Source of the DNA: Gemmatimonadota bacterium
Lineage (GTDB): Bacteria > Gemmatimonadota > Gemmatimonadetes > Longimicrobiales > RSA9
NCBI GenBank assembly: GCA_047459275.1
Contig: VSDC01000001.1
Span: 1 to 38,679 of the forward strand
Length of the DNA: 38,679 bases
Direction: 5' to 3'
Shown: one piece after another, positions 1 through 8,808 of the stretch
Layout: each line of letters begins with the position of its first letter
Numbering within the stretch: the stretch's first letter is position 1
Position numbers and translations under genes: made by a program
The notes under the pieces: generated by a model
Database searches by the model: none
Told to the model about the DNA's origin: nothing
The model's input: only the letters and a program-made list of their open reading frames with translations

Positions 1-156
1 TCCGGAAACCGGGTCGGTGTCCTGCTGATCCCGTACCTCGTGCTCGATGAGGGCAGGGGGATGGAAGAGGCAGTGGCAACGGCGTTGGAGGTCGGGCTGC
101 GGAGCCAGGAGCTGGCCGAGCGGGCTATGGATTACGTGCGACGGCACGCCGACTGA
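1..156 (+). CDS. 3' end of an unidentified protein-coding gene (5' part outside window)
   Basis: Frame 1 is open from the window edge to TGA 154-156 (...GNRVGVLLIPYLVLDEGRGMEEAVATALEVGLRSQELAERAMDYVRRHAD*). Family not recognised. Confidence 0.3.
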   Translation, partial: SGNRVGVLLIPYLVLDEGRGMEEAVATALEVGLRSQELAERAMDYVRRHAD

Positions 157-179
157 CGACGGATTCCGGTTCCGTCGTC
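155..179. terminator. GC-rich hairpin at a convergent gene junction (no U tract)
   Basis: GACGACGGA-ttccggt-TCCGTCGTC, a 9-bp perfect stem. It overlaps the stop codons of both convergent genes (TGA 154-156 and rho TGA 178-180). Confidence 0.4.
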
Positions 180-1320
180 ACGCGCGGGCGAGCAGCTTTC
201 CGACGAACGCCTCGTTCGACTCCGTCTGGCGCATCAGGGCGAGGAGCGTGTTCATCGCGTCGGCAGGGGTCGAGCCCGCGAACTCTTTCCGCAGCTTGGT
301 GGACACCGCGAGCGCTTCCTCGGAAAGGAGGAGCTCCTCGCGCCGCGTCGCGCTCGCGACCAGGTCGATCGCGGGGAAGATCCGCCGGTCGGCCAGCTCG
401 CGGCTGAGCACCAGCTCGCTGTTCCCCGTCCCCTTGAATTCCTCGAAGATCACCTGGTCCATCCGGGAGCCAGTGTCTACGAGAGCCGTCGCGATGATCG
501 TGAGAGAGCCGCCGCCCTGCTTCGGGTCCACGTTACGGGCGCTGCCCAGGAAGCGTTTCGGCTTCTCGAGCGAGTTCGCGTCGAGTCCGCCGGTCAGCGT
601 GCGGCCGCTCCCCGTCTCGATGGCGTTGTACGCGCGGGCGAGACGTGTGATCGAGTCCAGGATCAGCACCACGTCCTTCCCGAGCTCGACCTGGCGACGC
701 GCGCGCTCGAGGGTGATCTCGGCCACCGCCACGTGGTGTTCCGGCGGGCAATCGAAGCTCGAAGCGACCACCTCGCCGAAACCGCTCGCCTCCATCTCGG
801 TCACCTCCTCGGGCCGTTCGTCCACGAGGAGCAGGATCAACCGGCACTCCGGGTGGTTCGTCGCGATCCCTTCGGCGATTCGCTGGAGCACCGTGGTCTT
901 CCCGGCCTTGGCGGGCGCGACGATCAACGCGCGCTGGCCTTTGCCGAACGGGCAGAAGAGGTCGATCACCCGGTTCGTGTGATCCGGCTGCCCGCGCCGC
1001 CGGATGTCGCACTCGAGCACGAGCTGCTCCTGCGGGTGCAGCGCGCTCAGGCGAGTGAAGTCCGGGCGGTTTCGCATCTCCTCCGGCGGCCGGCCGTTCA
1101 CGGCCTCGAGCCGCGCCAGCGGCGGGTTCTTCCCACGCCCCGGGGAGCGACCGACCTCGCCGCTGATCTCGTCGCCCGTCCGCAGGCCGAACTGCTGGAT
1201 CAGCTTCTGCGGGACGTAGATGTCGTTGGCCCCGGGCGCATAGCCCGATTCCCGGCGTCGGATGAAACCCGACCCGCCTCCCATCACCTCTAGGACTCCG
1301 AGGTACTTGTCTCCTGTCAC
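178..1320 (-). CDS. rho: Transcription termination factor Rho (short form, no Rho_N helical subdomain)
   Basis: 380 aa. GVLEVMGGGSGFIRR cold-shock-like RNA-binding region, Walker A APAKAGKT, LLVDERPEEVTEM, SITRLARAYN, IATALVDTGSRMD and FKGTGNSE are collinear with E. coli Rho from about residue 50. GTG start with GGAG 7 nt upstream. Confidence 0.95.
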   Translation of the reverse strand: MTGDKYLGVLEVMGGGSGFIRRRESGYAPGANDIYVPQKLIQQFGLRTGDEISGEVGRSPGRGKNPPLARLEAVNGRPPEEMRNRPDFTRLSALHPQEQLVLECDIRRRGQPDHTNRVIDLFCPFGKGQRALIVAPAKAGKTTVLQRIAEGIATNHPECRLILLLVDERPEEVTEMEASGFGEVVASSFDCPPEHHVAVAEITLERARRQVELGKDVVLILDSITRLARAYNAIETGSGRTLTGGLDANSLEKPKRFLGSARNVDPKQGGGSLTIIATALVDTGSRMDQVIFEEFKGTGNSELVLSRELADRRIFPAIDLVASATRREELLLSEEALAVSTKLRKEFAGSTPADAMNTLLALMRQTESNEAFVGKLLARA

Positions 1321-1815
1321 GCTACACTCCGCTCGGTCTCACTCGTGTATTGGAGATCGCGGCCGTGGCTGCCTAAGGGGTCCGGACACGCCTCCGGGCC
1401 CTGGACCGCGATCACGCGGGATTCCCCCGTGGTGGATTTCGACGAACCGGGCGGCGCCGTGGAGGCGGCGCCGAAACGGACGCGTGCATCGCGGCCGTAG
1501 GCGAACTCCGTCGCGGTCGACGGAGTGGTTCCGGCGAGTCGCGCGGCGTCGCTCTCTCGCACGGCGATTTCTATGCCGCGATGATCGCCACCCGGCCTGT
1601 AACGCCTTCGTCGGCGTTGCGTGTTACACCACCGAAGAAGATGTCGACCGCCTGCTCACGGCCGTGTGGTCCATCCGGCGCCGGACGTCGTGTGTGATTC
1701 GGAGTTTCGGTGCGTCGGTCCGTGGGGTCGCTCGTCTCGGCGGCAAAGCGGATCAGGCCGCAGGGCAGGATGGCGGGATAGCTACGTCCCCGAATCAGTG
1801 TGCACGTCAGCCGGG

Positions 1816-1844
1816 TTGTGATCTACACAAAATTGTGGTAAATT
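1816..1844 (+). promoter_or_regulatory. Candidate sigma70-type promoter of the helicase gene
   Basis: TTGTGA (1816-1821), 17-nt spacer, TAAATT (1839-1844) with TG at 1836-1837. It lies in the only AT-rich patch of the 660-nt rho/helicase divergent region. Arms CACAA/TTGTG (1826-1837) lie in the spacer. Confidence 0.35.
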
Positions 1845-1983
1845 TGGAAGTGCGACAAGAGGCCGGCGGCACCGATGGCACAGGGACCCGCGCGACGACG
1901 CTTCGCCGGTCCCGTCGTCGGTCGTCCGGCCTCGAGGTTTTTCCGGGCGCGCGTGCGCCCGTTTGTTGTAGTCGGGAGAGGAA

Positions 1984-3225
1984 ATGCGATTCGAAGAGCT
2001 GACGTCGGCTCCTGCGCTTCTCGCCGGGATCCGCGACCTGGGCTGGGAGGCGCCGACGCCGATCCAGGCCAAGGCGATCCCGCCGGCGCGCGAGGGGAGG
2101 GACGTGGTCGGAATCGCCCAGACGGGAACCGGCAAGACCGGGGCGTTCCTGATCCCCGCGCTGGAGAGGCAGATCGATCGCGAAGGGCTGTACACCCTGG
2201 TGATCTGTCCCACGCGCGAGCTCGCCCAGCAGGTCGCCGAGGATGCCCGCGCGCTCTTGAAGCACACGGAACTGTGGGTCGGCGAGATCTACGGCGGCGT
2301 GCCGATCGGCCCCCAGATTCGCGACCTGCGCGCCGGCTTCGACGTGCTGGTGGCGACGCCCGGTCGGCTGATCGACCACATCGAGCGGGGGACGATCGAT
2401 CTGTCCACGGTCGAGGTGCTGATCCTGGACGAGGCCGACCGCATGCTGGACATGGGGTTCCGGCCGCAGATCGAGGCGATCCTCGAGGTGCTCCCCGCAA
2501 CGCGCCAGACGATGATGTTCTCGGCGACGATGCCGCCCGGCGTGCACGCCCTCGCGCTGCGTATCCTCCGGGATCCGGTGTGGGTCGAGGCGACGCCGCA
2601 GTCGACGGCGTCCGAGAAGGTGGAGCAGGTGGTCTACCCGGTGCGGCCCGATCAGAAGATCCCGCTCCTCCTGGAGCTGCTGCGCCGGGACGGGATGCAG
2701 CAGGTGCTGGTGTTCACCCGGACCAAGATCGGCGCGGACATGCTGCACTCGCGGCTCAAGGCCGCCGGGATCGATGTGACGGTGCTCCACGGCGACCGCG
2801 ACATGCGCCAGCGTGAGAAGGCGCTGGATGCGTTCGCGGACGGCGACGTGCGCGTCCTCGTCGCCACCGATGTGGCGCAGCGGGGCCTCGACATCGAAGG
2901 GATCAGCCACGTCGTCAACTTCGACGTGCCGCAGAATCCCGAGGACTACATCCACCGGATCGGCCGGACCGGTCGCGCGGGAGCGACGGGGATCGCGATC
3001 ACGTTCCTCACGCCGGCCGAGATCCCCTACCTCCACGCCATCGAACGCGTGCTCGGACAGCCGATCCCGCGTGGAACGGTGCCGGGCCTCACGGCGAGCT
3101 TCATGGGCACCGGCGCGGCGACGCGTTCCGCCCTGCGTCTCAACCGTGCGGGCGGTCGGTTGGGCAGCCGCCGGGGCGAGGGCCTCACGCCGGAGCAGTT
3201 GAAGGAGCTGCTCAAGGTCGGGTGA
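1984..3225 (+). CDS. rhlE: DEAD-box ATP-dependent RNA helicase (RhlE-like)
   Basis: 413 aa. Motifs AQTGTGKT (I), PTRELA (Ia), DEAD (II), SAT (III), HRIGRTGRAG (VI). SD GGGAGAGGAA precedes the ATG. Confidence 0.93.
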   Translation: MRFEELTSAPALLAGIRDLGWEAPTPIQAKAIPPAREGRDVVGIAQTGTGKTGAFLIPALERQIDREGLYTLVICPTRELAQQVAEDARALLKHTELWVGEIYGGVPIGPQIRDLRAGFDVLVATPGRLIDHIERGTIDLSTVEVLILDEADRMLDMGFRPQIEAILEVLPATRQTMMFSATMPPGVHALALRILRDPVWVEATPQSTASEKVEQVVYPVRPDQKIPLLLELLRRDGMQQVLVFTRTKIGADMLHSRLKAAGIDVTVLHGDRDMRQREKALDAFADGDVRVLVATDVAQRGLDIEGISHVVNFDVPQNPEDYIHRIGRTGRAGATGIAITFLTPAEIPYLHAIERVLGQPIPRGTVPGLTASFMGTGAATRSALRLNRAGGRLGSRRGEGLTPEQLKELLKVG

Positions 3226-3320
3226 GGCGGGCGCCGGCCCGGCCCTTTAGCCGGGGGCTGGCTGTGCCCTGTGAGCCGGGCGCCGGCCCCTCGAACCGGC
3301 CGCATGCCCGGCCGCCCGCA

Positions 3321-4007
3321 TCACCGCGGCGCCACGGTGACGTAGACGGCGATGTAATGGCACGCGCTCCCTCCCAGCACGAAGAGGTGCCAGATCGCGT
3401 GATTGAAGCGCGCCCTCTCGTCCCTCACGTAGAACCACACCCCGCCCGTGTAGAGCACTCCCCCGGCCAGGAGCCAGATCAGCCCCGTGTCGGGGATCGC
3501 CGGCAGGAACGGCAACAGCGTCGCCAACAGGAGCCAGCTCATGGCGAGGTAGAGGATCGTCGACAGGCGCGGGTAGCGCCCCACGCAATGGATCTTGAAG
3601 GCGATCCCTCCCAACGCCAGCAGCCAGACCACGGCCAGGAGCAGCCGCGCCGTCTCGCTCTGCTCTACGTTGACGAGCAGGAAGGGCGTGTACGTCCCCG
3701 CGATCAGCAGGAAGATCGCGCAATGGTCGATGATGCGGAGAAGGTGCTTGAGACGCGGGTCACGGAAGCTGTGGTACAGCGTCGAGGCCGCGTAGAGTCC
3801 GACCAGGCTTCCCCCGTACACGCCGCACCCCACCACCTGGCGGGTGCTGCCATGATCGGCGACCAGGCTCAGGAGCACGGCGAATCCGGCCAGGCTCAAG
3901 CCCAATCCCACGCCGTGCGTCACGCTGTTGGCGATGTCTTCCGCGACGCGTCGGAGATCTTCACTGTACTCCTTCACAGCTATGACCAGCCGACGGCACA
4001 CGCGCAC
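3321..4007 (-). CDS. Hemolysin III / PAQR family membrane protein
   Basis: 228 aa, about 7 TM segments. Family motifs ANSVTHGVG, STLYHS, DHCAIFLLIAGTYTPF, HLFVLGGSACHY. The GTG start at 4007 is uncertain; an internal GTG is possible. Confidence 0.85.
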   Translation of the reverse strand: MRVCRRLVIAVKEYSEDLRRVAEDIANSVTHGVGLGLSLAGFAVLLSLVADHGSTRQVVGCGVYGGSLVGLYAASTLYHSFRDPRLKHLLRIIDHCAIFLLIAGTYTPFLLVNVEQSETARLLLAVVWLLALGGIAFKIHCVGRYPRLSTILYLAMSWLLLATLLPFLPAIPDTGLIWLLAGGVLYTGGVWFYVRDERARFNHAIWHLFVLGGSACHYIAVYVTVAPR

Positions 4008-4181
4008 GCCGTCCGACCGCCTCTCGCGATCTCATGTCACTCCATCACCCACCGCCTCATGAAAATTTCGGACCGCGCCGTTGCGTTCGGCCGGCGATTC
4101 GAGAGTGTTGTTGGTAGCCGTTCCAACCTTTCGCGATCCGGGTCCATCCAATGAACCGGGATCCGATTCGGGACCGAGGTT

Positions 4182-4736
4182 GTGACCACCCTGACGGGAA
4201 CGCGAACCCAGGCGACCACGGCGGTCGATGCCGCCGACGTGCAACGGGCGGTGGCCGGAGATGCGCGGGCGTTCGAGAGCCTGTACCGGCGCTACGTCCC
4301 GCGCATCCATTCGCTCGCGCGACGCATGCTCGGCGCCGACGAGGCCGACGAAGCGACGCAGGAAGTCTTCGTCCGCGCCTGGCGGAGGCTCGCCAGCTTC
4401 CGCGGCGATGCGGCGTTCTCCACGTGGTTGCACCGGGTTGCGATCAACGTGATCCTCGCGCACCGCAAGTCGACGTCGCGGCGGGCCGCGCGCTTCGCGC
4501 AGGACGAGCATGCGTTCTCGGTGGCGGCGGTTCGCCCCGTTCGCACGGACCTCCGCGTCGACTTCGAGGCGGCGATCGAGACCCTGCCCGATGGAGCCCG
4601 CGAGGTGTTCGTGCTCCACGACATCGAAGGCTACAAGCACCAAGAGATCGCTCGACGGCTCGGCATCAGCGTCGGAACATCCAAGTCACAGCTCCACCGC
4701 GCGCGGATGCTCTTGCGTAGCCACCTGAAGGAGTAG
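4182..4736 (+). CDS. ECF (sigma-70 family group 4) RNA polymerase sigma factor
   Basis: 184 aa. Region 2 (EATQEVFVRAWRRLASFRGDAAFSTWLHRVAINV) and region 4 HTH (LPDGAREVFVLHDIEGYKHQEIARRLGISVGTSKSQLHRAR). GTG start. Confidence 0.9.
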   Translation: MTTLTGTRTQATTAVDAADVQRAVAGDARAFESLYRRYVPRIHSLARRMLGADEADEATQEVFVRAWRRLASFRGDAAFSTWLHRVAINVILAHRKSTSRRAARFAQDEHAFSVAAVRPVRTDLRVDFEAAIETLPDGAREVFVLHDIEGYKHQEIARRLGISVGTSKSQLHRARMLLRSHLKE

Positions 4737-4741
4737 GGGAG

Positions 4742-5440
4742 ATGGACGTCGTACACCCCTGGCAGGACCGGCTGTCCGAGTACCTGGACGGCGAGCTGGA
4801 CGAGGCCGAGCGTTCGGCTCTCGAGGCGCACCTCGAGGTGTGCGGCGAGTGCCGTGAGACGCTCCAGGAGCTGCGCGCCGTAGTCGCCCTCGCGCGATCG
4901 CTCGAGGACCGCCCGCCCGCTGTCGACCTGTGGCCGGGGATCGCCGAGCGGATCGGCGGTGGGGCGCGGGGTGCGAGGGTCATTGATGCGTCGGCCTGGC
5001 GCCCCATGCGGACACGGCGCGTGACGCTGTCGATCCCGCAGCTCGCCGCAGCCGCGATCGCGATCATGCTCCTCTCGGGCGCCACTGTGTGGCTGGCCAT
5101 GTCGTGGAGCGGCGTCGGGTCAGCGGAGCCCGTCGTAGCGTCGTCCGGGCCGGCGGCGGGGCCGGTTTCCCTGACCGCTCACGGCCTCGGGCCCGGTTAC
5201 GACCAGGCGGTCGCCGAGCTCGAGCGGATCCTGGAGGAAGGGCGCGACAGCCTCGATCCCGCGACCGTCGAGGTGCTCGAGACGAATCTGCGCATCATCG
5301 ACCAGGCCATCGAGGAGGCGCGCCTCGCCCTCGAGCGTGACCCGATGAACGTGTACCTCAATCGCCACCTGGCGGACAACATGATACGCAAGCTCCAGCT
5401 CCTGCGTCGGGCCAGCGAGATCGTCCGCGCCCAGACCTGA
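4742..5440 (+). CDS. Anti-sigma factor, zf-HC2 (H-x3-C-x2-C) type, single-pass membrane
   Basis: 232 aa. ATG lies 5 nt after the sigma stop. N-terminal HLEVCGEC motif and TM segment LSIPQLAAAAIAIMLLSGATVWLAM. Confidence 0.85.
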   Translation: MDVVHPWQDRLSEYLDGELDEAERSALEAHLEVCGECRETLQELRAVVALARSLEDRPPAVDLWPGIAERIGGGARGARVIDASAWRPMRTRRVTLSIPQLAAAAIAIMLLSGATVWLAMSWSGVGSAEPVVASSGPAAGPVSLTAHGLGPGYDQAVAELERILEEGRDSLDPATVEVLETNLRIIDQAIEEARLALERDPMNVYLNRHLADNMIRKLQLLRRASEIVRAQT

Positions 5441-5455
5441 TGTGAGGGTGAAGTC

Positions 5456-6313
5456 ATGTTGAGCGCATACCTGGTCGTGGTCCTGGCCCTCGCCGCCCCG
5501 ACCGCTACGTTCGATACGACGTTCGCGGTGCCCCGCGACGCACGCATCCACCTCGAGGATCTCGACGGTTCCATCGAGATCCGCGCCTGGGATCGCAACG
5601 AGGTTCGCATCGAACCGAGCCGCGGCACGTCCAGGCGGATCGACATTCGGACCGCCGGCTCCTACGTCCACATCAGGGGCGCCGGCCCGCACAGCCGGGC
5701 CCGGGCCGCATCGTACGTCGTGAGCGTGCCGGTGCGGGCCGCGCTCCGCATCACCGGACCGTTCGGCGATGTCTCGGTCAGCGGCACGGAGGGCGAGGTC
5801 GTCGTCGACGTCGTTCAGGGCGATGTCCGCGTTCGCGGCGGCTCCGGCATCATCGACCTCCGGTCGGTGCACGGCGATGTAGCCCTCGAGGACGGGCACG
5901 GCCGTATCACCCTTGCCACCGTGAACAGCGGCATCCGGGCCACGCGGGTATCGGGCTCCATCCGTGCCGAGACGGTGAACGGCGCTATCCGGCTCGACGA
6001 CGTCGACTCCGACGACGTCGTAGCCTCCGCGGTGAACGGCCAGATCTCCTTCCGGGGCGTGATCCACGACGACGGCCGATACAGTCTGTCGACCCACAAC
6101 GGGAGCGTGGTCATGGAGATCCCCGAGGGCACCAATGCGAACATCGCCGTATCCACCGTCACCGGCGCCGTGGATTTCGGAATTCCGGTCACCCTCACGG
6201 AGGTTCGCCGCGGCGAGCGGTTCAACGTGACGCTCGGACGCGGCACCGCCCGTATCGACCTCGAGTCGTTCAACGGAACCATCCAGATCCGTCGCCTTGC
6301 GGATCGCCGATAG
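5456..6313 (+). CDS. DUF4097-type beta-helical protein (putative adhesin), secreted
   Basis: 285 aa. N-terminal signal-like segment and repeated strand units ending in VNG.I (TVNGAIRLD, AVNGQISF, THNGSVVM). SD GAGGG lies 7 nt upstream. Confidence 0.75.
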   Translation: MLSAYLVVVLALAAPTATFDTTFAVPRDARIHLEDLDGSIEIRAWDRNEVRIEPSRGTSRRIDIRTAGSYVHIRGAGPHSRARAASYVVSVPVRAALRITGPFGDVSVSGTEGEVVVDVVQGDVRVRGGSGIIDLRSVHGDVALEDGHGRITLATVNSGIRATRVSGSIRAETVNGAIRLDDVDSDDVVASAVNGQISFRGVIHDDGRYSLSTHNGSVVMEIPEGTNANIAVSTVTGAVDFGIPVTLTEVRRGERFNVTLGRGTARIDLESFNGTIQIRRLADRR

Positions 6314-6324
6314 GAGGAAAGGAC

Positions 6325-7131
6325 ATGAGGATCACCTCGAAGGGCCGGTTGTCCGGCGGGATCGCGCTCGCCCTGGCCGCCGCGGCCCTCACCGCCGCGC
6401 CCGCGTATGCGCAGGACTTCGCCTGGAACGGCCGCATCGCGCCCGGCCAGACGGTCGAGATCAAAGGCGTCAACGGCTCGATCCGCGCCGTCCGGGCGGA
6501 CGGGGACGCCGTCATGGTCGACGCCGTCAAGCGCGCCCGACGCAGCAATCCCGACGAGGTCGAGATCGTGGTGGTCGAGCACGCGGGGGGTGTCACCATT
6601 TGCGCGGTGTATCCGACACCCGCGGGCGCGCGGCCGAACGAGTGCGCCCCGGGTGACGGCGGGCGCCTCAGCTCACGCGACAACGACGTCCGGGTCGAGT
6701 TCACCGTACGCGTCCCGGACGACATTCACCTGGTCGCGAGGACGGTCAACGGGGAGGTCGATGCCCGGGGGCTCGGCGGCGACGTCGTCGCCCGCACCGT
6801 GAACGGCGACGTGACGATCGAGACCGCCGGCACGGCGGAGGCGCAGACCGTGAACGGTTCGATCGAGGCCGCCCTTGGCCGCGCGGACTGGTCGGGCAGG
6901 ATCGACTTCAAGACCGTCAACGGCTCGATCACGCTGGAGCTGCCGGTGGACCTGCACACGGATCTCCGCGCGCGGACGGTGAATGGCGGGATCGAGACGG
7001 ACTTCCCGCTCCAGATCCAGGGACGGCTGATCCGGACGCGCGTGAACGGGCGGATCGGCAATGGCGGCCGCGAGCTGTCGCTGGAGACCGTGAACGGCTC
7101 GATCCGGCTTCGCAAGGCCGCCGCCACCTGA
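6325..7131 (+). CDS. DUF4097-type beta-helical protein (putative adhesin), secreted paralog
   Basis: 268 aa. Signal peptide ending AYAQD and seven (T)VNG(S/D/E/G)(I/V) repeat units. SD GGAGGAAAGG. Confidence 0.8.
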   Translation: MRITSKGRLSGGIALALAAAALTAAPAYAQDFAWNGRIAPGQTVEIKGVNGSIRAVRADGDAVMVDAVKRARRSNPDEVEIVVVEHAGGVTICAVYPTPAGARPNECAPGDGGRLSSRDNDVRVEFTVRVPDDIHLVARTVNGEVDARGLGGDVVARTVNGDVTIETAGTAEAQTVNGSIEAALGRADWSGRIDFKTVNGSITLELPVDLHTDLRARTVNGGIETDFPLQIQGRLIRTRVNGRIGNGGRELSLETVNGSIRLRKAAAT

Positions 7132-7233
7132 CGCGTCTCCATCGCCTACGGGGGAGTCGTTCCGGCGGGCCTCGGAGCGGGATGGCGTGTGGGGCGGCGC
7201 CGCCGGCCTCGGACCGGGAGGGCGTGCGAAGCG

Positions 7234-7263
7234 GCGCCGCGGGCGCTCGAGCGCCCGCGGCGC
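7234..7263. terminator. Perfect 30-nt GC palindrome between convergent genes (U-tract-less hairpin)
   Basis: GCGCCGCGGGCGC-TCGA-GCGCCCGCGGCGC. All 15 nested pairs were checked by hand. It lies between stop 7129-7131 (+) and stop 7275-7277 (-). Confidence 0.45.
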
Positions 7264-7274
7264 AGCCCCACCGG

Positions 7275-8054
7275 CTAGGCGCTGCGGGCGATCCCGGTCC
7301 CGCCGTCCGGCCGCGCCAGCACCTCGCGCAGGAAGGCGAGCACCACGCGGTCGAAGTCTTCCGGCCGGTCGAATGTGATCCCGTGGCCGGCGCCGTGAAT
7401 CCGGGCCAGCTTCGCGCCCGGGATGCGCCGGATCAACATATCGACGAAGTGGTTCGGCACGACGGGATCGCGCTTGCCGGCCACCACGAGCGTGGGACAG
7501 CGTACGCGGGGGGCGGTGCGGGAGGGTCGGTGTCGCGCCGCGCGAATCCAGGTGCCGAGGAACGCCGTGGGCGAGCCGTGGATGTAGTGCCTGGCCACCA
7601 CTGGCGCCAGCGCGATCGGTTCCCGCCACATGTCCCGGACGAAGCTCCGGAACTGCCTCAGTAGCCGGCACCGGCCGGGCGCGCCGGTGGGCGTGACCAG
7701 CACGAGCGCGCGGGTCCTGGAAGGCGCGAGGACCGCCGCCTCGAGCGTCGCCTGCGCCGCGAGCGAGTGACCCACCCACACCACGCGACCGAGGCCGAGC
7801 TCCGACGCGAGCGCCACGAGCCACTCGGCCGTTTCCGCCACCGACAGCCCGAACCGCGGGCCGGGACTCCGCCCGAAACCGGGCAGGTCGGGCGCCACCG
7901 CCAGGAAGCCCGCTCGCGCGAACGCCTTGCAGTGGCTCCGGAAGAAACCGCCCGACAGCCCGAGCCCGTGCACGAACACGACCGCCGGGCCCGCGCCCGC
8001 CGCGATGTAGCGCGCCGGCCGGCCCGCCACCTCGACCGTTGCCCTACGCAGCAC
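7275..8054 (-). CDS. Alpha/beta-fold hydrolase
   Basis: 259 aa. HGLGLSG oxyanion region, nucleophile elbow GHSLAA, C-terminal GAGHG. GTG start overlaps the upstream paralog by 11 nt. Confidence 0.8.
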   Translation of the reverse strand: MLRRATVEVAGRPARYIAAGAGPAVVFVHGLGLSGGFFRSHCKAFARAGFLAVAPDLPGFGRSPGPRFGLSVAETAEWLVALASELGLGRVVWVGHSLAAQATLEAAVLAPSRTRALVLVTPTGAPGRCRLLRQFRSFVRDMWREPIALAPVVARHYIHGSPTAFLGTWIRAARHRPSRTAPRVRCPTLVVAGKRDPVVPNHFVDMLIRRIPGAKLARIHGAGHGITFDRPEDFDRVVLAFLREVLARPDGGTGIARSA

Positions 8055-8808
8055 CGACCGGCGCTCCCTTCAGGAACGAATCCACGAGAAGGTTGAACAC
8101 CCGCGGCTGGTCGATCATCGGATTGTGAGCGGCATCCGGGATCACGCGCAGGATCGCGCCCGGGATCGCGTCGGCCATGATCCAGGCGTGGGCGAGCGGC
8201 GTGAGCGGATCGAGTCTGCCCCACACGACGAGGGTCGGGCTCCGGATCCGGCTCAGGTAGGGACGCACGTCGTCGGCCAGGATGTGCGCGAGAGTCCGCA
8301 GGATCGTGCGCGGGCCCGCGCGCAAGGCGTCGCGCACCACCGTCGGCAGGAAGTCGGGGCGACCCCAAGAGCGCGGAGGCGTCGCCTCGATGAGGAAGCG
8401 GAGCAGTTCTCCGACGGATCGTTCCCTCGGAATGCCGGCTGCACTCGCCAGCACCAGCCGGGACACCCGTTCCGGACGTTTCGCCGCCAGGTGGATCGAG
8501 ATCTGTCCGCCCATCGAATGCCCGACCACGTGGGGCCGCTCGATCTCGAGCGCGTCAAGCCACTCCACCAGCAACTCCATCATGCCGGCGATACCTCCGG
8601 GCGGCACCGGCGCACCCCGGCTTTCGCCGAACCCGATCAGCTCCGGCACGTGCAACCGGAAGTCGCTCATCAATGCCGGCACGGTGAACCGCCACCACCG
8701 GTGGGATCCGGCGAGGCCGTGCAGGAGCAGCACCGGCGGCCCCGTGCCCGCGTGCACGGAATGGAACCGGTACCCCGCCACCTCCGTGTACCGCTGAACC
8801 AGACTCAT
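8044..8808 (-). CDS. Alpha/beta-fold hydrolase (paralog)
   Basis: HGLAGS, nucleophile elbow GHSMGG, C-terminal DAAHNP. Start placed at ATG 8808 (MSLVQRY...), not at the longest-ORF start 8907. Confidence 0.8.
   Translation of the reverse strand: MSLVQRYTEVAGYRFHSVHAGTGPPVLLLHGLAGSHRWWRFTVPALMSDFRLHVPELIGFGESRGAPVPPGGIAGMMELLVEWLDALEIERPHVVGHSMGGQISIHLAAKRPERVSRLVLASAAGIPRERSVGELLRFLIEATPPRSWGRPDFLPTVVRDALRAGPRTILRTLAHILADDVRPYLSRIRSPTLVVWGRLDPLTPLAHAWIMADAIPGAILRVIPDAAHNPMIDQPRVFNLLVDSFLKGAPVGAA

Noticed and set aside
47-982. 311-codon ORF antisense to rho. Similar long shadow ORFs occur at 533..1012, 733..1293, 1807..3036, 12224..13708, 15716..17923, 19106..20467 and 20389..22869.
   Set aside because: They lie opposite genes with unambiguous family motifs. 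Their products are Arg/Pro/Gly/Ala-rich and low in complexity. Such stop-free antisense frames are expected in ~68% G+C DNA.
1317-1562. 81-codon ORF overlapping the rho start (GTGA), considered as a detached Rho N-terminal domain or leader peptide.
   Set aside because: It has no resemblance to the Rho_N helix bundle, its 3' part uses rare codons (TTA, CAA, AGT, GTA), and it has no SD. It is more likely untranslated rho leader.
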